From assembly GCF_009914755.1 (NCBI RefSeq), contig NC_060936.1: a DNA stretch of 64,000 nucleotides. One strand, 5' to 3'. This stretch comes from the human T2T-CHM13v2.0 reference genome, Homo sapiens. The notes under the pieces are model-generated. The model worked only from the letters and a program-made list of their open reading frames with translations. It did not search any database and had not been told where the DNA came from. This document shows, one piece after another, positions 1 through 14,124 of the stretch; position 1 is the stretch's first letter, and each line of letters begins with the position of its first letter. The position numbers were made by a program, and so were the translations under genes.

Positions 1-318
1 GCAGGCTGTACAGGATGCATGGCAACAGCATCTGCTCAGCTACTGATGAGAGCTTCTAAGCTTACAGTCATGATGGAAGGGGAAGCGGGAACAAGCATCT
101 CACATGATAGAAGTGGGAGCAAGAGGGAGAAAAAGTAGGGGTGGGGAGGTGCCACACTTTACAACAATCAGATCTCGCAAGAACGCACTATCACAAGAAC
201 AGTACCAAGCGATGAGGGATCCACGTCCATAACCCAAACACCTCCCACCAGTCCCCAACTCCAACATTGGGGATTATATCTCAACATGAGATTTGGAGGA
301 GACATCCAAACTATACTA
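1..318 (-). mobile_element. MaLR LTR (MSTA/MSTB-like), cut by window edge
   Basis: Typical MST LTR text (gcaggctgtacagg...atcagatctcgcaagaacgcacta...tctcaacatgagatttggag...catccaaactata), the reverse complement of the LTR 5' end. Confidence 0.8.
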
Positions 319-374
319 GCTTCTGCTGCTTGCAAATAAGGCTCTTATATGACAAATATCAACAACAACACATG

Positions 375-560
375 CTTCCGTTCCCTTATCCTGCTTTTTC
401 TCTATAGTATCACTATCACTATCTGGACCATCAATTTATTGTCTGATTCCCACACTGGAATGAAAACTCCATGAGGTCAGAGTTTTTTTGTTCACTGCTA
501 TATGCCTTAATTAATGCCTAGTATATATTGCACTTAATACAATTTATTGAATGAATGAAA
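375..560 (+). mobile_element. L2 3' end fragment
   Basis: ctggaatgaaaactccatgagg...ttcactgctata...atttattgaatgaatgaa is the L2 3' terminus with (TGAA)n tail. Confidence 0.65.
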
Positions 561-1799
561 CACCTAATACTTATTAATTTAACCCAGACAACAATACACA
601 TCTCTTAGAAATCAAAACCTATGGCATTTATTCATAACTCTGTGCCTGTGATTTCACCTCTGAAAAGCAACTCTTTCTAGCTTTATGCTCTATGACTCTA
701 GGCAGAGCAAATTCTTAGAAATCAGAGGAATCCCTAGGGGAACCTTCCCCAGGTATGCTGATATCATCCTCATATCATTTCCATAGGATATTGACTTGCG
801 AGCTATCATCTGGGCCAATTATTAGTAGTTTTGCCAAAATGAATGGACACTTTTTCTTTCAGATGTTCATACTGGATATTAGAAAAAGTAAACATTTCTA
901 AAATCTTCCCATGCTCATACTTAAATGCCCAAAGAAGCACTTAGTTGAATATAAAAGGTATCTCCAGACCATCTCAGAAACAGCAGGAGTTAATCCCTGC
1001 TAAAGTCAGAGAGGAGATTGAGAATGAGTTCTGCGCCATGTCATGCTGAGATGAAGACACTCTATTTCTCAAATTACTCTCTTATAAAACATCTCAAAAT
1101 GCCTTTCTGTACAAATCTAACTCACACCTGCTGAGAAAATGATGCTCTTTTCTAGGCCACAGGTTGTCTGTCCTGCCCTACGTTTACCTGACTTCTTAGA
1201 GTCCTCAGGTCACCCATGGCCTGGATGCATTCTGGCTTGTTCTTTAAAATGTCCACTTTAACAGTTGCTGTGGAAAAGATGCAGTCCAAGGTTACAAACC
1301 TGTTTATGACCAACTCTCCTGTGTCTCCGCTATGCTAATAATTTAAAATACGTGTTTAACTATAATCGCTGATTTGGTTATGTGTTTGAAACACGAAACC
1401 ATTGAACATAATTTTCAGAAAGCAATTTTTTTCCACAAATACTAACGATTGTTTCCCAACAATTCTATCAATAAGGGCTCCTGAAGAGCAGCAGGAAAGC
1501 AAGCACTGGAGGGGTGGCTTTAGTGGGCAGCTTATTGGGAAGTACAGATGGGGTCGCTTTCCATTCTTATTCCCCAAGGAGAGGCCTGATAACTGAGACC
1601 AACTCCAAACTGTGGCAGAGAAATTCCATCCAGTGTGGGGCTACATGCTGAGAACAAGGGGAAGACAGGTGGGAGATATGGTACAAAGGTGGGAGCTTCC
1701 AGAGAAAAGCAAGGTCATTCCAGGAACAGCAACTAAACACAGCAATAGAAAAGCAGGAACAGAGGCTCACCAGAGTGCCTCCAGTACCTGCAAAGTACT

Positions 1800-1930
1800 C
1801 ACTTATTCCTTCATTTATTCAATAAAAATCAAGTGAACATCTACATTGTACCAGCATCCTGCTGGGAGCTAAGGATACAACAAAAAGTAAGACAGACTAG
1901 GCCATGCCCTCATGGATCTTACGTTCTATC
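1800..1930 (-). mobile_element. L2 3' end fragment
   Basis: ttcatttattcaataaaa...ctgggagctaaggatacaa...aagacagac...gccctcatggatcttacgttcta matches the L2 3' end in reverse. Confidence 0.6.
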
Positions 1931-2117
1931 ATTCAGCAGGTACTGAATAAATATTTGTTGAACTGGTCAATTGAATAAAATGACTGAGCCAACACCCTTC
2001 CTTTTTTCTAATATGATATCTTCCTCTGCCACATTACAAAGTAAAAAGAATGATGATCTCAAATACATTTTCAAGAAGTTGGCCACAATATTTGAAATTT
2101 AGTAAGAACACTAATAG

Positions 2118-2441
<324 letters not shown>

Positions 2442-2611
2442 AGACCCATTATTCTTACAATGTGTATAATGTTTCTTGACATATTCATTAAAAATAGTAC
2501 GAAAGCATCTGATTAGACATGAAAGGATAATCATTTATAATTGATCTCTTTTATGTTTAAATTCAATGGGACATCCCACTGAATAACTGAGACATAAAGC
2601 ACTATTTTATG

Positions 2612-2919
2612 CCATATACATTATAACATAATAGTTATAAAATAGTACTCCAGTTATAACATAGTCATAAAAATATATATACACTATATATATGCTATTC
2701 ATAATAATATATACTACAAATGCATTATGTATAATATATTATGTATATATACATTATATATTATATAGTGTTTATATACTGTTATGGTATACCATAGTTA
2801 TAACATAACATATATAAAACATAGTTATAACATAATATATATACTATATATAATATACATATATCAACTATTATGTTATAACTTTTGTTATATTATATAA
2901 ATAGTTATAACATAATAGT
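2612..2919. repeat. TA-rich low-complexity tract with recurring atagttataacata motif
   Basis: Direct inspection; the palindromic gttataac recurs several times. Confidence 0.8.
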
Positions 2920-3279
2920 TGATATGGTTTGGCTGTGTGTCCCCACCCAAATCTCATCTTAAATTGTAATCAGGGGAGGGACCTGGTGGGAGGTGACTGG
3001 ATCATGGGGGTATTTTCCCCCATGCTGTTCTCATGGTAGTGAGGGAGTTCTCACAAGATCTGATGGTTTAAAAGTGGCAGTTTCCCTTGCACTCTCTCTC
3101 CTGACACCTTGTGAAGAGGTACTTGCTTCTCCTTCACCTTTCACCATGATTGTAAGTTTCCTGAGGCCTCCCCAGCCATGCAGAACTGTCAGTCAATTAC
3201 GCCTCTTTTGTTTATAAATTACCCAGTCTCACAAGTCTCAGGTAGTATCTTTATAGCAGTGTAGAAATTGACAAATACT
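2920..3279 (+). mobile_element. MaLR solo LTR (MSTA-like)
   Basis: Starts tgatatggtttggctgtg...ccccacccaaatctcatc and ends ataaattacccagtctc...ggtagtatctttatagcagtg...aatac. Confidence 0.85.
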
Positions 3280-3529
3280 AACATAAATACATTATAATCT
3301 AGTTTCTAACATTTTAATGAATGGAGTAGTACATATCTGTCTATAAGTATATGAGATATGGGCACTAAATTTTTTATCATTGCTAGACATTTGCAATTAA
3401 AATTTGGACACCATTATTTTAGATCCTTGGTCATTAGTTGGCAAGTTTCTTGGGAGAGTGCATCCAGACCAGGTCTACTGGTTTTGAGGCAAGTGGGGCT
3501 CAGGACCTGAAAGAAGGTGCATTGTTAGT

Positions 3530-3765
3530 AGACAAAACAGCAATTGCAAAGGACCTAGGAGGGAAGTGTGCTTGGAGGACTGAGCAGAGGAAGGGGCTGG
3601 AGAGTAAAATACAAGTGGGGAGACCAGTAGGGTAGAGGGGTCCAGATTATGTAGAGTCTTGGAATCATGATAAAGACTTTGGATTTTACTGTGGTAAAAT
3701 TGAAGCCCATTGGAAGTCTGTGAGCAGAAGAATATGATCTGTTTATATTTTTGGAAACATTACTA
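3530..3765 (-). mobile_element. L2 fragment
   Basis: tgcaaaggacct...ccagattatgtagagtctt...taaagactttggattttact...agcccattggaag... is typical L2a in reverse. Confidence 0.65.
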
Positions 3766-4130
3766 AGCTCTTCAATCCAGCTTTGACCTGGAATATATTT
3801 TTACCAACATCTGTCTGATCTGTGTGTCTACATCTCAAATGGTTCTAAACTGGGAGGGAAAAGCAAAGGTGTATAATTTTATCTTCTAAATGACAGTATC
3901 TGTCTTACCAAACATGTAAGTAATTCTATAACTTGATACTTTCATTCGCCATCAGATTATTGAGATTTATCCTTGATGGTCTGTATAGCTTCAATTTATT
4001 CCTTTAAACTAGTTGCAACAGACCATTGCATAAATTAGGCCACAAGGTATTTATCTACTCTCCTGTTAATGAACATGTGCTTTTTAATGTTCCATTACAA
4101 ATCATTGCATCAGAAAACAGTCCTCTATGT

Positions 4131-4459
4131 CAGGGGTTCCCAAGCCCCAGGCCATTAGGCACCAGGTGGCACAACAGGAGGTGAGTGCCAGGCTGGGGGC
4201 AAGCATTATCACCTGATCTCTGCCTCCTGTAAGATCAGTGGTGGCACTAGATTATCACAGGAGCTCGAACCCTATTGTGAACTGTGCATGCGAGGGATCA
4301 AGGTTGCACACTCCTTATGACAATCTAATTAATGTCTGATGATCTTCTAAGGTGGAAGAGTTTCATCCAGAAACCATCTCCTCCAAACCCCTCCTTGTCT
4401 GTGGAAAAATTATCTTCCACAAAACCAATTCCTGATGGCAAAAATGTTGGGGACAACTG
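4131..4459 (+). mobile_element. MER1B (hAT-Charlie DNA transposon)
   Basis: Ends caggggttcccaa...ttggggacaactg; internal gaaccctattgtgaactgtgcatgcgagggatc. 8-bp TSD ctctatgt (4123-4130) / ctttatgt (4460-4467). Confidence 0.9.
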
Positions 4460-4539
4460 CTTTATGTGTCTTCATTGAGTACACAGTCTCTAATTTCATA
4501 CCTTGGTGGAAATTGTTGAGTCAAATTTGTTTGCATTCC

Positions 4540-4880
4540 AGGATGATGAATACTAGAGGCTGGGAAGCATATTAGGGTGAGAGTAAGGATAAAGAAAGGT
4601 TGCCTAATGGGTATAAACATGCATTTAGATAGAAGGAATACATTTTAATGTTCATTACCAGAGTATGGTGACTATCAATAACAACAATGTATTATATATT
4701 TCGAAGTAGCCAGAAGAAAGGACCTGAAATGATCCCAACACATAGAAATGATAAATACTCAAGGTGATGGACACCCCAAACACACTGACTTGATCATTAT
4801 ACAGTCAGTGCATTAAACAGAATATCACATATGTACCTCATAAATAGGTACAAATATTTGTATCAAAAAATAAAATAAAA
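4540..4880 (+). mobile_element. L1MA 3' end (L1MA8-like)
   Basis: L1MA 3'UTR (tagatagaaggaata...caacaatgtattatatatttc...gaaatgataaatactcaaggtgatgga...gacttgatcatt) with A tail. TSD-like tgtttgcattc at 4528-4538 and 4883-4893. Confidence 0.8.
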
Positions 4881-6155
4881 GGTGTTTGCATTCTACAACT
4901 GTGTTAGATCATGAAAATGCTCTCTAAAGTGATTCTGCAGCAGCTTATGTGAGACTCTCCATTTCTCTATACCTTTGTCAACACTTTTTATCATCTGACA
5001 TTTTCATTTGTGTCAACTTATGAGTATGAAATCATCTTTCATTACAGTTTTTATCTGCATTTCCCTTGACACTAGTAAACTAAAACATTTATTTATACTT
5101 TTATTGGATATTCAGATTTCCTGTTGGTGAATTGTCAATTCATATCCTTTGCTCATTTTTCTACCCAGTTAACTATCTTTCTCTTACAAATTTGTGGGAA
5201 TTCTATGTAAATTATAGATATAAATTCCTTGTTAGTATTTGCTCTCCAAATATTTGTTGTTAACTTGTAACTTGTCCTTTATTTTTGTTTTAAAGCTTGG
5301 TAAAGGAAACTTTTTAATTTTTAATGTAGTAAAATTTATCAATATATCTTGAAAGTTTATGATTTTTATACCCTAGGAAACCCGTTTATACCCCTCAGAT
5401 CATAAAATATATTTTGTATTTTATCTAAAAGTTACTGTTTTCTTAAACCTGCCCAAAGTTTACTTTTCTATTTAGTGTGAATAGATATATAATATTACCT
5501 TTTTTTTCTGTAGGCATAACCAGTTGTCCCCACCCCATTTATTGAATAGTCCTTCCTTTCCCCATCAGTATCTAATATCCTTTCTTTTGTATATCAGATT
5601 TATATATTCTGTTCAGTTCCACGGGCCTACCCTTGAGCAAATAGCATGCTGTTTAAGGACTAAGTCTTTATAAAAAGTCTTGATATCTGGTAAAACAAGT
5701 TCCCATATTTTGTTCTTCTTCATAACTGAAAGATCATAACTTGATCGTTCATTTAACTTATAGGATCAGTCTTCTTTTAACTTCACCAAAAATACTATGA
5801 TGGACTTCTCATTCATATGCATACTATCTCTTCATTTATTTGGGCACCCTCTTTTGTATCCTTAAATAATGTTTTATACATTTTTCCATATATGTCCTAT
5901 GATTTTTTAAATTTATTCCAAAGTAATTTATAGTTTTAGTTTTAATAATTTATATATTTTAATAATTTGGAGATAATTTTAGAATTTCCAGGTAGATAAT
6001 CAATATTATCTTTTCCCCCCAGTTCTTATATATTTTTCCCTATATTTTATTGCTTTGAACCCCGAGGACATTTTTGAGTAGACGTAATAATAGTAGTCAT
6101 TGGTGTTTTTCTTTATTTTAATGAAAATGATTCTAAAGGCTCACTATTAAGTCTA

Positions 6156-6275
6156 TTTTTGTTGTTGTTGTTGTTTATTTGTTTGTTTGTTTGAAACAGA
6201 GTCTCACTCTGTCGCCCAGGCTGGAGTGAAATGGTGCAGTCTTGGCTCACTGCAACCTCCACCTCCCGGGTTCAA
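6156..6275 (-). mobile_element. Alu 3' fragment with (TTG)/(TTTG) tail
   Basis: gaaacagagtctcactctgtcgcccaggctggagtg...gcaacctccacctcccgggttcaa, then an abrupt end. Confidence 0.9.
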
Positions 6276-6599
6276 ATAGAATTACTATATGATCCAGCAA
6301 ACTCAAAAAAAAAAAAAAGAAGAAGAAGAAAGGCCTTCCATGACCACCCTACCCTAACAAAAGCAGCACCCTCCTCCTACCCCAAGAGACCCTCAGCCTC
6401 ATTACCACCAATCTACAGCTTTCATAACAAAGCAGTTTCCTGGAACTACCTGAATTATTTATCTGAATTATTTATCTGATAATTTCCCATTATTTATGTT
6501 CTTCACTATTGATAGTCTCTTAAAAAGCAAAGACTTTTTTCTTTACTGTTGCTTTTAGTATCTGACTATTGTTAGGTGGTCAGTAAATACAATATGTAA

Positions 6600-6830
6600 G
6601 GTATAATACTGGAATACATACACACAGACACAGAGACAGAGACACGCAAAGACACACACACATACACAATACAGGTTATCTGACATATATGATAGTATGT
6701 TATATATGATATATGTTTCATATACATGTGCTATATAACATCTGACGTACAGTGCATAATATACCATGTATAATATATAATAAAGTATATGGCAGTCAAT
6801 ATACAGTATATACTATATATAAAACAAATA
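6600..6830. repeat. (CA)/(TA)-rich low complexity
   Basis: Direct inspection. Confidence 0.7.
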
Positions 6831-8375
6831 ATACGAAAGTATTTTAAAGATATACATCTTAAAAGTTTTTAGTCCTATTTCTATAATTCCTCCAAAGCCA
6901 CAAAAACACAGAGAGGAAGAGAGAGAGAAGAAAGAGAGAGGAAGGGATGATGCAATTTAAAAGAGGATCTAGCTGATGCCAAGTCCTGATCTACATAGGA
7001 CTGCACTCACTTCCCCATCCTAACTTAAGCTGTCAGAGGAAAGGAGTGGCACCCAGGGGGCACTGGTCTGTGAGCTCCAGAGGCATCATCTTGCTGCAGT
7101 ATGAGCTAAATGCCAACTCTCATTGTCACCTGCACTACTCCTTGATGTGAGATTGGATCTGTGGTCCCCTTTCATGAAGTGTTGCCTTCTAAGAGTCTTG
7201 ACATACTAGTTGTGGAATAGTAGTAACAAAGGGACTTTGCTGGGGCCTGTTTCCTTTCTAACACAGTCCATTCTGGGAGTCATGGAATCCCTCAGTTGCA
7301 CAGATCCTTAACGTCCAAATGGACATATAACTAATGAAACACCATATTGCAGGTGCCTTACTTAGCTATATTCCTCTGCTTTAGTGCAAAGTAAGAACAG
7401 TAAGAAAACCAGGTCATGTTTTTCAACTAGGTCATGTTTTTCATCTTTTCTACTATTGGCCTTTTCCATTAATCTTAAAATGTGATTTTCTACATCTTTG
7501 ATTTCTACTCTTGAATCGTATTTCCAGTCACCATATGCTACTTTTCTGCAAGCTGTAATTTAAGCCAATCCTGCTCACGAATTTTGAAAAAGGGAGTCCA
7601 TAGAAGAGAAAACTATCTCCTCCTCATGTGCTTGGGATGTTGTGATTTCCTCAGTATTGCTGGGCTGTGTTCCTTTTTAGAGGAAGTTGCAATTCCCTTC
7701 ATGGTAAATAGGAAGGAAATGAAGGTGATTAAAGCCCTTAGGATGTAAATTTCAGTGTTGGCTGAAAGGTTCTTTTTATCCCAATCCTGCTTTTGTAAAC
7801 AAAGCTCCGGTGGGACTGAATCTGGAAAGCTACCACAGCTCCATGACAACTGGACTTGCCAGCCATGGTGACCATCTCCATGTTCACATCGTAGTCATTC
7901 ATAGTCATGCATATGCACATCGTAGGGACAAACATTCACTTTGGCTCTCACCAAGAAAAAGAGCGTTAGCAACCAATTAGTAGAAGGTGGTACAGGAGAG
8001 GAACACTACTAACAGGTCAACTTTTTGCCTAGTGAACTCAGCTGTAAATTTTTATGGATGATGGTAAGATAAAATTATTGCCCTAGTTTCTGTATGTTGG
8101 CCACATACAGGCACTGCAAAGACCCCTAATGCACTGTGATTTCTATTCTTGGACATCAGTGGATGATACACGTTTTTCTAGGTGTACATATCTGCGTGCA
8201 AAGAATAAGGAGTTGGCATGACTCTCAAACAGAGATCCAAAGTTTTCTAGGAAATGTCTTTTAACATTCTTCTTATTTTAAAATGTAAAAAATCCTTTAC
8301 TAGCTATAAAGTCAAAAATACAAAGAAACAAATCTGCTTACATGTAAAGCAACTGAACCCTAAAGGACGGCACTA

Positions 8376-8558
<183 letters not shown>

Positions 8559-8819
8559 TTAGGCAGATCAGAAGCTAATTCTTTCAAACAATGGCTGTTC
8601 ATTCACTGAGTACCCGATATTGCCCACAACACTGTCCCAGGTGCGTTGGGAACAATGGTGAGCCCAAAACACACCTCCCATCCTCAAGAGTCCAGAGGAA
8701 GCCACAGGTATTAACGAAATAATCACACAAATAAATGTAAAATTTTAACTCTGATACATGTGATGAAAGAGAGAGATGAAGTATTTTGAAAATATGGTGA
8801 TATATTGGGATGAAATAGA

Positions 8820-9020
8820 ATTAAACATTTACACCCTTTGCCATGTGACTTTGATGTACCTCCCATAGCCTGAAGCCCATCCCAGCTGAGCCCAATGCAG
8901 CCATAGTCAACCCACAGGCCCATGAACATAAATAAGAAATCAATGTTTCTTGTTGAAAGTCACTTATTTGGAGTTGCTTGGCACGTAGAATTATCATTGT
9001 AGAAACCTGTGAATGAAACA
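8820..9020 (+). mobile_element. MLT1 (MLT1I/J-like) LTR fragment within L2 relic
   Basis: cccagctgagccc...aaataagaaatcaatgtttcttgttgaaagtcact...ttggagttgctt resembles an MLT1 3' end. Confidence 0.55.
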
Positions 9021-9898
9021 AATCTACAATACGTGCAATAGGTATACTCAGGGAGGTCAGAAGAGGTAACCCCTGAGGATCTCACAATGGAAGAGAACAA
9101 TTTTACTTAAATATCAAACCAGACATTTGATTTGAAGCTTACTTGCAATTTTACTTAAAATATCAAACCTTAATAAGATAATATCAGGATTTGTTTTCAG
9201 ACTTCTGGTTTTCAATTTGGTGCTTTTTATTTATTTAGTCATGCTCCTCAAGGTCTTTGACTTTCTGTTGCCCAATATTTGCTAAAACCAGTCTGCTAAG
9301 ATTGGTGTCATGAAGGACAGACCCCCAAAAAATCTGTCACCAGGATACAAGTATATGTCAGAAAAACAATGGTGAGTTGCCCACTACTTTTCCCAGAGGT
9401 GATTAGAGTCTAAAGCAGGAGGTAGTAACCAAAGAATCACACAAATAAAGTTAAGATTCCAATAACACTAAAGGTTATGAAGGTACAGACATAGGTGGAG
9501 TCAAGGAATACAGATTATGTAGACTTGGGTGATGGACTAGAGACAGAAATTGGACAAAAATGGAAGAAGAAGCAAGAGCTTCTTTGAGATCAAAGTACCA
9601 TGACTGAAGGATGTTGACACGAGAAGTAGAAGGGGACCCAAGGTGGCAGAAATAGGTAAAATTACTAGAATCTGGAGTAAATAATTGGGGAGGGTCATAG
9701 ATTTCACAGCACTGAAGCTGAGTAGTGCTACAACTGTGATGCATTTGTACTGCCTGTCAAAGACAGGTGGGGCACATGGGACCCCCATTATGTCCTCTCA
9801 TGAGGTCTAGAAAATGTGTCTTCTACCTAGTATCCCTGACATCAACTCTGCGCTGGGCACATGGTAAGCATCCAATCAATGCACTTAAAGAATGCAGG

Positions 9899-10215
<317 letters not shown>

Positions 10216-12966
10216 CTATCCTGTCATCCCAAAAGGAATGTGGTGTCACAAGGTGTGGAGCCAGAAGGAATTCTAAATCGCCAACATTTGCATTTGATAG
10301 ATGAGGAAACTGCTCGAGATCACACAACCATGTAGTGACAAGCCAGGGCTCAAATTTCAGAATCTGGACTTTGTGTTCTGCCCATCGTCCTCTGTTGGAT
10401 TATCAGCATACATGCATAGCCTTTGAACCCCAGCTGCTGGTTTGATTGGAAAAGCCATGTCTGCAGGGAGGGGAAGGAATTTCATTTACAAAGCAAGAAT
10501 CACCGGGGGAAAATTAGGCCCATCCCGATAATTTGCGTCTCAGTTCTCCTTCTCCATGGACTTCCTGCCACTCACTCGAACCATGTACATTCACACATCC
10601 GGTGTCTTCCAAGTAGTCAACCTTTGCCCAGGGCAGTCAGCACGAAGCACTGAATGCTGTCCCAAACCACCCTGCTCTGATACATTTTTTATTTCAGTGG
10701 AGATTTCTTAGTGCCACTCCTCAGAGCTATGCAAGTTGTGGATGGCACAACAGGGTGGCATCATTCACAGAGACTGTGATGCAAAAACAATACCTCTTAG
10801 GGTAGTTCAGTGTACCACCTGACCATCTATACAAAGCAGTCCTGAGATTTCTGTTCTCCAAACAACAAGACTTTATGGTAGCCAATAGCCCAAGGAAATC
10901 ATGTGCATTCTGATTATCTTGGTTTTTAAATTTTTTATAAAGCATTATTGAGACATAATTTATGTACAAATAGCTGCATATATTGGAGGTATCTGCAGGA
11001 AGAAGGAAGAAAGAACAATTAAGGAATGGGAGTACCTTAGAAACCTTTACCTTGAACTTTTAAGCAAGACGAGGAGTCCAGAAAGAAACAGACTAGGAGT
11101 ACAGGTAGAATTGCCTGGTAAACAAAAATGCTATTGTAATCAACAAGGCAAAAATAAATAAATAAAAGGTTGAAAGAATAAAGTAGCTGGGATATTCATT
11201 GCCAGTCATTAACCTGATTTTCTAATGAATATGGCATTAGGCATTCATTAACAATCATTTGTGTTTATGTTGAACAGTGGATGTATAATGAAGGTTGCTA
11301 AATGAAAGCAAAATTAAACCAGGGAATTTTGGACACTTATAAAGCAATTAACTTGTTTGGCAGTAATTACACATTGAAAGCTAAATCAAGTGCATTTAGA
11401 AAGCCACAAGAGTCGCCACATAAACCAGAGGTGCTTTGCTCTAAAATAATAGAAAAGCCTCTCTTTCTTTCCAAATGAAAGAGAAAGGCAAAAGTATGGT
11501 ATAAATGACAAACAAGGCTCAGGTCTAATGAAAAGAAATACGGTTACAGCCCATATGTTAGAGAAGAGGCAAGTTATGAAAAAATAGGACAGCTCAGCTA
11601 ATTAAAGGAGGGAAAAAAAGCCTTTTGTAACAACAATGATGTGAAAACAGGTGGTATGTGCTAGAGAGTTCAGGTTTTTGTTCTGTTCACGCTCACAGGC
11701 ATGCACACACACGCAAGTGCACACGCACGCATTTATACACTTGAACCACCTAATAGGTGCATGAAGAGTAAAAACTGAATCCGCCATCAGGTCCTTGGAA
11801 GGCCACAATATCTCAGTAGCAGGTCCTTGTCACTGACGATTTTGTAACATGATTCTCCAGATGAGTGTTTGACCACAGCCTTTTATTCAACTGAGCACAT
11901 GGCATTAGAGGTCAGTCATTAAACACTCTCTGGGACTCTGTTATTTAAAAAGGAGGAGGGAATAAGGTACTAGGGAAGATACAAAGGCGAGATCCAGGGA
12001 GAAACCATGACTGAACTGGTGATAAAACAAAAGCAGTAAACATAAAATTTCATGCATCCACAAGACTCATCAACAGAAATGTTAGTATAAAAATGCATTT
12101 AAAATCCAATGAAGTTTTCAGATAAAGAATGAATTTTCTCAGAATTTTAACCCTATAATATACTAGCCAAGAAATGCTACAGACATGCTGTTTTTGTTTA
12201 TCTATGTGTGTGGAGGGGCATGTTCCAATGGGATGATAAGGCTGGAGAAGGGGGTCTTCAGATGAGCCCAAAGGTCTGAGCAAAGGGATAAAGTTTTTCA
12301 AACTGGAGTCTTGATCATGCTCCTCAAAAAGATCTGAAGATTCATGACCTCTTTCCATCTGACAAATACCTTCACAAATCGGGAGCTGTAGGCACTCGAG
12401 GGTTAGTAACCAAAAGAAAAGTTCCCAGGGGGATCTACAAAGGACAGCTGGCTTTGTGGAAACATTTGCAAAAAGCTTGGGTGTCAACTATGCTGAAAGC
12501 AAATACTTGCTTTGCCTCTGAGACTGGAACGGAAACCAGGAGATAGCTTTTGAAATCCTTGCTTCGGTCATTAAACTACTACCAAATAAAAAACATGTTT
12601 GCCTTGATGTGGGGTAGTGTATTTCTTTCTAAAGAAATGGTCTCTCTTTAAGATGATAATCATTTTCTATCCAAGCAGAGGATCAAGACATTAAGATGAA
12701 ATACTTATTTCTCACTTACTTGAACCCTTTTTAAATATTTAGGTTGTCTACTTAGTTCTAATCTAATGTGGATTGTTTCATTTGTGGTTAACTTGGTTAG
12801 AAAATTACTGCCCGATTTTGGCCAAGATCTCATCAATATACCAGTGTACTATTTCATTCTCCTTGCAACAGACCCAATGCCTTTCCCTGAGACTTCATAG
12901 GCAAAGGCATTTAAATATCAATAAATTCAGGGAATACACTATTCTTGAAGGCACGTACTACTAATC

Positions 12967-13110
12967 CAGGGCTTCTTACATTTTACTGTACATCAAAATC
13001 ACCTGAGGAGTAGCTAAAATGCAGATTCTAATTCAGGAGGTCTAGAGGAGGGCCTGAGATTCTGGTTTTATAACAAGCTCCCAGGTGATGTTGGTTCTGG
13101 AACAGCAAGG
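12967..13110. mobile_element. MER5A-like DNA transposon
   Basis: catcaaaatcacctgagga...aaaatgcagattct...gggcctgagattctg...taacaagctcccaggtgatg. Confidence 0.75.
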
Positions 13111-13789
13111 TACTGATCTACTGATCTTTGTAGATAGCTGCTTTCAAGAGGTTGTATGGTCAAGAAAAGACATAGCTGAAGCCCTGGAAATAGATCAGTT
13201 CTTCTCCAAGAAGAGACCTGGATAGTGTAATAGATCAGAAATTAAGCAATAGAGGAATATCCATTACAGATGAAACATACAAGGAAGGGGTCTGGTCACC
13301 ACTGTTTCTAATGATCTATGTTTCCCAACTGCCATGGCTTTGCTGATGCTTTTCTCTCCACTTGTCCAGATGTTGAGATCAAGACAATTCAGCTTTTCAA
13401 ATAGTTATTGGTTTGCCATTTACTATGTTCAGTACCAAGGATACAAAAATAAATGAAGCATAATCTCCACAATGCTCCCCTGGTGCAATTACAGCACAAC
13501 AGGATAAAGACTATGAAAATGGATGCATAAGGTACCAGGGGAGCTCCTCTCCCAGACCTAAGGAGAAGATTTAGACAAATGTGAAGAATCAGTAAACACT
13601 TCTTGGAAGAGATGTCAGCTGAGCCAGATGTTGAAGAAAGAGCAAAAAGAAAAAAAAAATCCAGTTGAAAAGAACAAGTAAAAGTAATGTTAACAGAGGG
13701 TCAGCACGGGGAAAGTGTAGACTGAGAGAACATTCTGACTCTGCTATGAGCTGCTGCCAGGCCAAATAGTAGTTGTGCCCCGTAATAAC

Positions 13790-13970
13790 TCCCTTTATCC
13801 TCCACCAAAGAATTATTGACAGCCAACAATTTTTATCCTTATTTTGTAGATGAAAAATCTGAAGCCCAGAGAACTCAATGACAGCCAAGGCAATATCACT
13901 GAGTAAGTGGTGGAGTTGCGATTCCAAGGTGAGCCTTCCTAGTCATAAAGCCTGCAGCCTCTTCACAGTG
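13790..13970 (-). mobile_element. MIR
   Basis: Core tatccttattttgtagatgaaaaatctgaagcccagaga...ccaagg...gtaagtggtggag. Confidence 0.7.
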
Positions 13971-14124
13971 TTCAGGTGTCTCCCATCAGGATGATTGCAG
14001 AGGGGGATAGGATGAGACAGCCAAGTGATTAAAAAAAGAGACTGGCATTGCATTTTTACATAATGATTTTAATCTTTATTTTTCTTCCCTCAACTAGTAT
14101 TCTGTTTAAATACACAGAAAAATA

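Larger units (their letters stand above)
3930..6150 (-). mobile_element. Ancient L1 (L1ME-like) remnant, host of MER1B and L1MA insertions
   Basis: Degenerate T-rich L1 ORF2/3' reverse motifs (ttttatctgcatttccc, catatcctttgctcattttt, ccatttattgaatagtcc, gtcttgatatctggt). Confidence 0.6.

Noticed and set aside
1800-1985. Opposed L2 ends as an L2-derived miRNA hairpin
   Set aside because: Arrangement is not tail-to-tail and pairing is too poor for a pre-miRNA.
7613-7980. Short ORFs (MFVPTMCICMTMNDY...; His-rich plus-strand frame)
   Set aside because: No recognisable homology or convincing splice sites; composition is explained by CAT/ATG-rich sequence.
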